DNA of 64,000 bases from positions 2,333,721-2,397,720 of the forward strand of contig CM120648.1 of assembly GCA_051362555.1 (NCBI GenBank). Direction: 5' to 3'. The stretch comes from Lingula anatina (taxonomy: Eukaryota > Animalia > Brachiopoda). Position 1 is the first letter of the stretch. Every line of letters begins with the position of its first letter. The notes beneath the pieces were generated by a model, which was not told where the DNA came from, searched no databases, and saw only the letters and a program-made list of their open reading frames with translations. Shown in pieces: positions 40,521-64,000 of this stretch. The position numbers were made by a program, and so were the translations under genes.

Positions 40521-40675
40521 AAAAATTAAAGTTCGGTGATCACAGAAGTCTGTGAGAGCAGTAGACAAAATGTCATAGGTATTTCAATGTAATTGATGTG
40601 TCAAAATGAAATACCATCTTTCATTGATAATGTGTTAAATATAGTCTTTGTTTTTATTCCAGCTCAGATAACATC

Positions 40676-54366
<13,691 letters not shown>

Positions 54367-54556
54367 TTGAGATCAGCAACACAATCAAGTAGTCATCACA
54401 ACCAACACAATAGTTACAGTCATCGCACCTAACACAATGGACAAATTGTACATCTGATTCATCCACGGCAGTGTGGTAGCTGAGATCAGCAAACACAATC
54501 ATCACAACTGTTAACATGGCAGCAGCACTAATAATGGAGAACGCACAAAAATACTC

Positions 54557-54633
54557 TGTGAATAAGATTTTGTGACATCTACCTTTAAACAGCATGTGAA
54601 TAAGATTTTGTGACATCTACCTTTAAAACAGCA
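54557..54633. repeat. 38-bp tandem duplication in the neprilysin 3' UTR
   Basis: TGTGAATAAGATTTTGTGACATCTACCTTTAAA(A)CAGCA twice. Confidence 0.9.
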
Positions 54634-54870
54634 TTATTTTTGCAGCATTTATATCTTCAGTTTATTTGCAGAATGATGTGAGGATAGCCTTTGGTCACTG
54701 CTATGATTAGAGACATTGAATAATTTGTATGAGAATATAGTAGAGTGTATGAGGCTTTCGGGTCAGCATTTGAATACTGTACTAATAATAATAATAATAG
54801 TTTATTTATAATAATAATACTAATACCAAAAAATACTTTAGTAAAATCAAAACCCAAAGTTTAAACTCAT

Positions 54871-54876
54871 AATAAA
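54871..54876 (+). terminator. Candidate polyadenylation signal of the neprilysin gene
   Basis: AATAAA ~500 nt after the stop, followed by a T/GT-rich tract. Confidence 0.4.
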
Positions 54877-56207
54877 TGTTATATTTTTCTGTTATACTTG
54901 TTTTAAACACTTCTATTTCATTCACTTTCCTACCTCTAGTCAAGCCAAGAAGTGTGTGGTGCTAAATATCAAAATGAGCAGTGAAATTTACTTCATGTTA
55001 AATCTAGAATTCTATCTATGTTGCTCTGAGAGGATTTCAGCAGGCAGGCCCTGGGAAATATCCTTGCAGACTTGCCAATACTGACAGCAGGCCAAGGAAG
55101 TGACTTGAAGAGGACATATAAAGAAAAAGGGAGTGTTTTATTGTATTGTATTTTTCCATTATTAAAATTTAACTTGCTGGTATATGTATAGAAATAATTT
55201 GACATAAAACTAAAACGATATTTGTTTGATTTTTAGCATTTTACAATTTGTACAGAATGACTTGTGTAGGAAAGAAATGGACTGTACAATGAACTGTAAA
55301 TACTGTACCTTCAATATGAATAATCATCAGTTAAGATTCTTAGTATTACTATTGTAATACTGAATCTTCAAAACATATGACTATAATTTGAGATTTATTC
55401 AGTATTACTACACAGATAAATATATCATCAATGTACACTTCAAAGAAATAAATTTCATGAATAATGCCTTTCACATTTTATTTCACATTCTGTTTGAGAG
55501 TAGAAACCAGTGAGCATGTCTTGTTCCATTCAAGATAAAAAGAACAAGAGATTCAACTTATTCCAGTAATGCAGTAATCAGCCGTTTTGTTTTGTATACA
55601 GTCCTTCTGAAATAAATGAAACAAATTTCAACGCCATTCATCAAGGAGGGGGAGGAAGCAATAACCCACCTCCTTGGTGCCTATTTGATAAAAACTGTAA
55701 ATCTGCCCAGACTTCAGCCACTTCAGGGTACTTGGGATCTTCAAAACTTCTAATACAAAGTCACGAAGTTTAGCTTGTTGTATTTACTGAAATTCCTGGG
55801 TAGTTGGTGTCTCACACAACAAGCTTATTTGAAGTCTGACCACTGTGATCTGCTTCCCCACACACTGGTTGTCAAGGAGGTTACCATGGAGCTGGTTGTT
55901 ATGGTGGTTACCATGGAGATGGCTCACATGATGGTTGCTGCTCCTCTGTAGTGTTCATCTTTTACATGGAAAATGTCTCTGTACAGTACTGTCCTAATTC
56001 ATCAGGAACAAATGAAAAGTTGGTTCTGTAATGCTAACAGTTTATTTGCATCTGTCGTCTTGACAAACTCCTGGGACTGGTTTTACTTGACCAGTGTCTC
56101 TGCTTACCAACTTTATTTGCACTACAAGGAACCAGCCTGTCATGAATATCTCTGCCACCTGGTGTCCAAAGTCATTCTTCTGTCACTACCAAACAATGCC
56201 CTGGTAT

Positions 56208-57388
56208 TCATGTGCTTGGAATTCCCATTTTTAGTAATTTTAGGAGGTAGCTTCCTATGTCTTCATCCTATTAGCAAGTAAAAAGAGAAAGTAGAGAATA
56301 TACAGTATTTTATTTTTCACGTAATTACCAGGATGGCACTTCTTTTCTACTTCTTTTATAGGATTAAAACCATGTTCAGAAGAATGACAACGATAAATTT
56401 CCTCTCTGTACATTCTTACTTTAATTCTGTCTGATTCAATTCATATCTCACCTGATAGGACCATGAGACCAGAACTCCTTTCTCTGCCTCGTCATCATCA
56501 CCAGAGACTTTAATCAGGACGGAATCAGCTACAGTGATAGACTGGTCTGCCGACAGCTGGACTGGGAAGTCTTTTAATTTACTGGAAAAAATTACAAAAA
56601 AATTCACCTTCACCTGAAATTCAGTTAGATTTATTTTCCTGAATTTTCTTGAATTTTCAATAGAATTCCTTTGAATGTATGTTTTAATCTTAAAAAATTT
56701 CTAGTAACAGAGTACCAAGTCTCCCTCCCTAACAGAGGCCAGCTAGGTGGTGATGTCTGAAATTCTCACAGTACTGAAAAGTGCACATAATCGGGAAGAG
56801 AGATGTCTGACCTGGTAGAGGGAAGCCAATTCTTAACTTAAAAGAGGACATATGTGAGATGTGTGTGTGTGTGAGAGAGAGACAGAGAATGCTATATACT
56901 TAATAATAATAATAAATATACCCCTTCACATATTGATATATCCTGTCTACAGTCTGTTCCACCTCCCCAGGGTATTCTATCACTACAGTAGAAGTAAACC
57001 TCAGCTGGTGTTCCTCCAGTCCTAGCTCATTCATTGCCTGGCCTGCATCTAACAGCTGCATCTTCTGGAGAACAACATAACTGATGGACTGACAGGGTGT
57101 AAAACAGACATCTATGCTGCTGGTTAATATATATGCATCCATCACTGAACTGATTTACTGCGCATTTTATCTTACTGGCAGAAGAAATATAATTATAAGT
57201 ATTATAACTATATTCCTTTTATAATAATTATCATTATCATATCATAACTACAATAAACTTGTTATCCCTACTTAATGTTCTTAAATACCATGCTGTATCT
57301 TCTTGTACCAAAAATTAATATCAGGTCAAAAACTAAATAAATTAAAAATACTAAAATCTGAAAAAAAAAAAATAATAAAATAAATAAA

Positions 57389-57419
<31 letters not shown>

Positions 57420-60180
57420 AAGTGACCCCCTCACCTCAGCCCCCTGCATCACCAGGGCCGCATGCATCAGTTTGGGTTTCTTGGGGTCTGGACCTTGAGA
57501 AAAAAATTTAAATTAATTATCATTATATGTTATTAATTACATCAGTAAATTCCCCTTGTAGCAAATATTCTGAAATAATTTTCCAAAAATTTTCATGTTT
57601 TAAGGGATTTTTTCTGACCCACCTTAGCAAATGCCAATACCCTCTCCAACCCATTAATCCTTAAGCAATTAAAAAAAAAAAAAAGGGTCATTTTAAAAAA
57701 CCCTTTAAAATACAGAAATGCAAACATCCTTGGCACATTTAAAATTACTTTGCTTTTAAAATCAACTTCTTCATTTAAGAATTTGGAGAAGTTTTGGAAA
57801 TTCTGCGCCTCACCTGCTCCTGATGACATTTCTCTTTTAAGTAAATTGACTGATGCCTCTACTGGAATGTCTGCAGATGTTGCTATGGTAACCGTCTCTC
57901 CATTGGCTGGCATTGTACATTCTGTCCCTGTGGTAACCAATCAGAAACCAGGTTACTCGAAATAGCAGTGACTGAAAAAGTTCTACTGCTTGAACAATAT
58001 CACATGAATGAAAATCACGCTCGTATTTTACATGCTGGCTGACAAAAATCAATAAAGAAATCTAAATGAAATGTCATAATCTTGTTTTATTTCACAGTCA
58101 CTTTCAAATAAGTTCAGTTTAATTGTAATAAAAATGCAAAAATTACATATGTTCTTGATTCTGAGTCAACATCAATCAATTCTTAAGTGACATTTTTGCT
58201 CGCTGTTACTTTGAAAATTTTAATCAATAAAACTATAGTGGAAATATAAGTAATCTCTTTTAAAAATTAACTTTTAACAATCTGTTTCAAAAGTAAATTG
58301 TCAACTGAAATTTAATCAACAATTTCACTCTAAATTAAATCCTAAAACTAAGGACAACATAATTGTTACTGAAACACCTCATCTTGTCACTATTTCCAAA
58401 TAGCAGTTATTTTCATTCCATTTTCTCACCAAACTCCTGGAAGATCTTCTTCTTCAAGAACTCCATCTTGCCTGCCTCCCCATGCACCAGCATCACGTTC
58501 TTGGGCTCACACTGCTGAATCAGCTGCATGATCCCCTTCGCGTCAGCGTGCGCACTGAACGACATGTACTGCACCGAAAGTTTGACATCAACCTAATAGG
58601 AAATATTGAATTACAGTAGAACCTGACTATACTTCTGGACTGATTAGAAAAATCACAGATAACTGAGAAATATCCTTCAAAATCAATAAATTTAACACAA
58701 GTTCTCTTAAAATTGTTGTTCCCCCCCCCCCCCCCCCCTTTCCAACGGGATCAAATGAACATATGTGGTGGCTCGGACACCCCATTAAAATAAATATCAC
58801 ATATTACTTGAAATTTTCCAATATCTGACTCATACCATGAATTTCTGTGTTGAAATCAAATCCATTTTGTTTAGTCTATGAGAAAAATGTACATATGTAC
58901 TTTTTAACATGAAATCAACTAACTTGTCACAGCTTTTAGATCAACATATCCCAGTTTTATTTAGAATTATTTTTGAAAATAACCAGTAACTACAGCACTT
59001 ACAGTCTGCCTGTTCTCTAGTTCCAGCCTCCTGACTCCATTCAGAATCTTGTGACCCACTGTCCCTGCCACACAGTAGCCTGGCATTATTACCTGGAAGA
59101 CACACAACACAACTGTAGGGGGCAGCACGAGATGAAATACACAGAACACAACTGTAGGGGGCAGCACAAGATGGAACACACAGAACACAATGATAAGGGG
59201 CAGCACAAGTTGGAATATATACAACACAACTGCCCTGGCAGCGCAAACAAATATTTGATGAAATCATAGTCCGCCTGATCAGAGAAAGAAAATGGTCGCA
59301 ATATTTGCATGTCAACAGTCAGAGCTAAGCTGCCTCTTCAAGTGGACACTTTTAATAATCAAATTGCACTCACCATGTTATTTTCGCTCGTGCACCATTT
59401 CTTGAAGATCTGCAGCGAGAGGCCAGCGTGGAGCATCCCTGGGGTGGCAAACACCACCATGGCACCCGGATTATCAATATAGGACCTGTCAAATGCCTGG
59501 AACAGAGCAAGAAGGAATGGAAATTCTTCACTTTGAGGTTACTGCAGCATTGACAGTTAACTATGAGTAAATGTGAAGCATATTTTAATTTTGTAAGGAC
59601 ATTCATAAAATATTTCACAGTTTTTAAAATAATTTATCTTTGATTTAGCTCAAATTTGAATAAAGTTTTCTATTTATTTGTCAAATCAAAATTTTCCCTA
59701 GAGGAGAGTTGAGCAATGAGTATTATGTACATCCAAGGAAACATTCTTTTTGTGTTTTTCTAGATTAATGAACTTCTTTACCAATGCTTTGTCATTTAGT
59801 ACCTTTATATGCTTAAACTCAAACATATTTCTTTGCACAAAAGTTTTCCTGATCTTCTGATTGGTCCATGTGATGAAGAGTTTGTAATAATGATTTGCCT
59901 GTAATGAGAGGTTACATGAAATATGAATGAAATGAGACATAAGACGAGGTAATAGAATGCTTTTTTGTATATAAGGGGAATATACTACACTCAATTGACT
60001 AATTTACAACTCTAAAAGCAATACTCACTCCTTTTTCTAAATCAGATACGACCTTATTTACAAGTGACAAAGTGCAAAGAAATGTACGGTAGCAGGGTAG
60101 CAGTCAGTTTTAATACAGTTTAACTTTTGGCAAGATTTACAAAGTATCTAATTTACAAAGTATCTAATTTACAAAGTATC

Positions 60181-60222
<42 letters not shown>

Positions 60223-63059
60223 GAGAGATTAACTCACCTTTTCTGTTAACCCTAGAGAGAAATAGATGGGGACTTTGAGGTTCATTCTGTCCCAGTAAGT
60301 TTCTAGCAGAATGCAGAGTTCTTGTGCTCTGCCCAAGGCAAACACTGGGATCAGCACCTGGGTAATCAATAAATCTTTAAAAACTCAAACAACAAGGGAA
60401 ACAATTACCTTCCAAAATTACTGTGTTTTAACTTGGTAATTTTGGCAATGTAATAATATTTTATTTTTTACCTCCAGATACAGACTAGAAGTATTGGCCT
60501 ATCTCAAGCTGGCAATGGTGTATTATTATTTATATCATTCTTTAAATTCTATTCATATTACTGAATATAAATTTCCCCACCTTTCCACCTTTATCAACAC
60601 AATCATGGACCTTCTTGAGAAAATCTCTCTCTCGGCACCTCTTGGAATCTCGTATTGTGGTGGCGTAGGTGGACTCAGTGATCAAAAGGTCAGGACGACA
60701 TTTGTCAATCCAGGCGGCGCCCAGGTGACGATCAGGTGTCATGTTGTAGTCCCCCTGGGGTAAAACAGTTTTTAACTTTACACAATTTGATAAATCGTGA
60801 CAGCAGGCTACAAAAAAGTTTTTTTTTTAAAGATGACAAGATTAAATGAAAGCTGACAGAAAAAAATTTAAATTAGTAGAAGATAAAAAGATGTATCACC
60901 TAAATGAACGTCTGAACTTGCTTACAAGTGACAAAAAGTTCAATACCTTGTTTGGCAGAAACTAACAATTGATAGATTTCAAAAATAAAAAAAATTCATA
61001 AAATTGCAACAGAACTTATAAGTGGCAAGCCTGCTCTCAGACTGCTTAGGAAATGTACCCATCTTCCTCTAATGAATACTATACATTATACTTACTGTAT
61101 AAACCACAGATTGTGAGCCCACTGTGATACGGAACATGGCAGCACCAAGCACGTGACCAGCGTAGTATGCCTTGATCTCCAATTCATCATCCACCTGGAA
61201 ATAAACAATAGGTGACAGCACAATATGACAACAAATTACTATCCTAAAATGAATAACTTGAACTTTGATATCCAGCTCATCATACACATGGAAATACAAA
61301 CTGACTGATAGTAGTTATTCTGGAGTAATCCTATGCCACATGTGCACCAATCAAAGACACACAGTATTGCTCTACTTGTCGTCAGAGGTCATCACTAGCA
61401 TCCCAACCATATGACTTCAATCTTACTAAGATTTAACACAATATTTAATACTAACCTGCACTGTTTGATGTAAATTAACAGGTACCACTTTTTTCATGCA
61501 ATTCTTGATCATTTCTGAAGTAAAAAAGTTTTGTTCTCCTTTTCTGTCCACAGTAATCTTTCTGTAGTCTTCCTGAAAAAAGAAATGAAAATCATATTTC
61601 AGATATATCCAGTAAAATTAATTTGGTTATAACAATAAAAACTTATTTCTCTCAGTTCAACAAACTAACAAAATTATCTTCAAAAATGATAAAAGAGTAA
61701 GGATATCTCTTATAATCAAATGCTTTCTGTGTTTAGCCAGCATATCTTACAGTCAGCATTTGGAAAAAAATTATTAATATCAGAATGTGACAATCAGCTC
61801 AATCTAAGGCCACTCACCAACAGAATGGGGCATATAGCTTTAGTGGGCTGCGTCATATAAATAGGCCCATCAAAGCCTACCATCTCTGACATATATGGTA
61901 GCGCCCCACAGTGGTCAAGATGAAAGTGACTGAAATTTACAACAGAAATCAATGTGAGATCAGCAACAGGCTTGAAGCACTGTACATCAAATAATAACAA
62001 TAAACTGAGCATCTGTATATAATTGTTCAAAAATTCAAAAATATTTTTTAAATGTTTGGCATTCAAAAATGTTCAATAGTTACCATACCTGATGATAACG
62101 CAGTCCAGGTATTCTGTCAATGTCCCTGACCTGTTTATATAGGTGAAGTCAGGAAACCTTCTCTGGATGATTAAAAGAAAATAGCAAGTTCAGAAGAAAT
62201 GTTGTCTTTGAAACATGAAAACAGGTTTTGTAATAGATAAGCTTTCTCTTTCCACATGATTTCAATATGAAAAATTGATTTAGAGTCAAACAAGCATCAA
62301 AATATGAAGCACACATGGAGGCTGAAATCACCTCTGCTTACATCATCATTGTATCCCATATGCATTCCACAATCCAGCATGACATTCTTGCCACCAAGGG
62401 AAACTATAATACAGCTTCTGCCAACATCTGAAATTATTGTATTTTTATAACTTTTATAAACCAATCTCTCTGAAGAATCCAGAAAAAAAATTAATAACTT
62501 TTTTGTGCTATCCTTATAGTGCATGAATAATTACTACTGAATTTTTATTACTTTTAAATGTCTGAATAAATCAGATCAAATCAAACCTCTCTCTTATTCT
62601 TTCTTTCTCTCTCCCTCTCTCATGTTGATAACATGGGAGAAGTTCAGTTAACATTAATCAAAGATGCTTGATTTTACGCATTATCAGGATATAAGGAGGG
62701 CCTTTAAATGTACTGACTGCCATTCACATTTCTACTTACCCTGCCCGGCTCCTGAAACAAACAAGAAAAGGGAAATATATAATGTATATCATTTTTGTAA
62801 AAATGCATTTTAATTTTTGTTTTAAAAAAATCTAAGATAAATTATTCTTTCTGCATAACAGTGTGCAAACATAAGATATGCATAAAAACTTGAATTATTT
62901 CGCAAACTAATCTCTGCCGTCATTTGTTTAACTTTTAGTTTCAAAACAACTTGAAACTTTCAAGGTTCAGTCTCATGCTATTATTGCAGATTCCAAACCA
63001 TGTTGTAATAAGTGAATCAATTCACATTTACCCAGTGGGACCACTTTGATTTCAGCCAT
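56208..63059 (-). CDS. INTS11: Integrator complex subunit 11 (CPSF3-like metallo-beta-lactamase/beta-CASP endonuclease), 599 aa, 18 exons
   Basis: Exons 5'->3': 63059-63032, 62751-62740, 62427-62342, 62162-62089, 61929-61818, 61572-61456, 61194-61096, 60754-60581, 60357-60238, 59898-59803, 59496-59374, 59092-59003, 58592-58430, 57927-57814, 57493-57435, 57064-56922, 56581-56452, 56267-56208 (sum 1800 nt). Motifs: [68 protein letters not shown]. Confidence 0.96.
59093..59240. repeat. 39-bp minisatellite (~3.5 copies) at the INTS11 exon-12 acceptor
   Basis: CACAACTGTAGGGGGCAGCAC(G/A)AGATG(A/G)AA(T/C)ACACAGAA units; explains the repetitive ORFs 58941-59315. Confidence 0.9.
62740..62751 (-). CDS. 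INTS11: 12-nt microexon of INTS11 (G-A-G-Q-D junction)
   Basis: Minus strand: ttcccttttcttgtttgtttcag|GAGCCGGGCAGG|gtaagtag; supplies the otherwise missing GAGQ of PLGAGQDVGRSC. Confidence 0.9.
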
Positions 63060-63242
63060 GGTTTCAGAAGATATATGATGTAATTCTTTACTATGAAATT
63101 ATAATTATCCAGTGATAAAAACAAGGATAACATCAACTTCACATCTCCTCGTCTCTCGTGTGTACAGTTTTCTAAGGACCGCGGCAAATGATATTTTCTA
63201 CCAATCAAATTTCTGCGATCCATCAGCGTCGAACACACGGAA
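63060..63242. promoter_or_regulatory. Compact bidirectional promoter region INTS11/CPTP
   Basis: Only 183 bp separate the divergent start codons; locally more CpG than the flanks. No specific motif assigned. Confidence 0.65.
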
Positions 63243-63903
63243 ATGGCTGAGGCGGAGAAGAAATTTAACTTGGATCTTATGTGTGAGGCGTTTTGTAAAT
63301 GCAAAACCGACGATGGAGAGCTTTTGATGGATGAATACATCAAGGCATACCACCAGCTAATAAAGTAAGTAGATGTGAAGCTTAAAGCGCCATAGTTAAA
63401 GTAGTCGGCATGGGTCGATTTAGTGCCTTCTCTGCTTCCCTAGACAGTGATTCCGACTGGACTGGTGATCAATAAAACCGCTGAGATATGTTAACATACA
63501 CTGTGGTTTCAAAGAATTCGAGCACGACTGCAAAAATGCAAGGCATGGGGAAGACCAGAAAAATACGTTGCAGGCAACAAGGATCTAGCGTTTTCCATGC
63601 TGTCAATGAGGAATGGTTTGCTTACACTTTCATTTTTTAATTATTGGCATATTTTTAAAGAGATGTTTATCGTTTATGGCGAACTTAACCTCTTCATTTG
63701 CATGTGCTTAGAATTTCTCCCAAATGTACATTATTCCTGCTGTCTCATGCAAGTTTCGCTTTCAAAGATATTTTTTTAAAATTAATTTTGCTTTGTTTTT
63801 AATTGCAGCTTTAACAGCCTCCTTGGTACAGTGTTCAATTTCGTAAACTGTGATATCAGAGATAAAGTTCACATACTGGAACATCACCTCAAGTCTGAGC
63901 AGG
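63243..63903 (+). CDS. CPTP: Ceramide-1-phosphate transfer protein (GLTP fold), 5' part; continues beyond the window
   Basis: Exon 63243-63364 MAEAEKKFNLDLMCEAFCKCKTDDGELLMDEYIKAYHQLI; exon 63809-63903 (N)FNSLLGTVFNFVNCDIRDKVHILEHHLKSEQ. LGTVFxFVxxDxxxK matches CPTP (Asp56/Lys60) rather than GLTP (Asp48/Asn52). Confidence 0.85.
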
Positions 63904-64000
63904 GTATGTCTTGCAGGGACTGCTGTGATGTTTGCGTCATTGTGTGATGTCAATGCTGAAAGTGTCCTCAGCTATGTTAAAAGAGAGAGTGATGGTGTTA

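Noticed and set aside
58941-59315. Cys-rich repetitive ORFs ([10 protein letters not shown]...) resembling a small cysteine-rich protein
   Set aside because: They are translations of the 39-bp intronic minisatellite overlapping INTS11 exon 12; no independent gene evidence.
63904-64000. Read-through of CPTP exon 2 (GMSCRDCCDVCVIV*) as a Cys-rich C-terminus
   Set aside because: A G|GTATGT donor at 63903 and loss of CPTP similarity indicate intron; the rest of the gene lies outside the window.

Overview
This is AT-rich, intron-rich animal genomic DNA (probably an invertebrate such as a mollusc or other lophotrochozoan; the taxon is inferred, not shown). I assembled four protein-coding genes by hand from GT-AG exons. 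(1) An endothelin-converting-enzyme-like M13 zinc peptidase (+, 3608-19742, 19 exons, ~782 aa). (2) A tandem neprilysin (Nep1-like) M13 peptidase (+, 40676-54366, 21 exons per isoform, ~769 aa). (3) Integrator subunit 11 (INTS11/CPSF3L; -, 63059-56208, 18 exons including a 12-nt microexon, 599 aa). (4) The 5' part of ceramide-1-phosphate transfer protein (CPTP; +, from 63243), head-to-head with INTS11. The most striking observation is a pair of 77-nt, same-phase, mutually exclusive penultimate exons in the neprilysin gene (52805-52881 and 53825-53901). They encode alternative versions of the active-site segment equivalent to human NEP Trp693-His711-Arg717, and every conserved non-Trp codon differs synonymously. 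Also notable are repeated ghost duplications of exon edges in adjacent introns, decoy splice-acceptor arrays, several MITE families, and gene linkage resembling human 1p36. Most ORFs in the supplied track are intronic noise.
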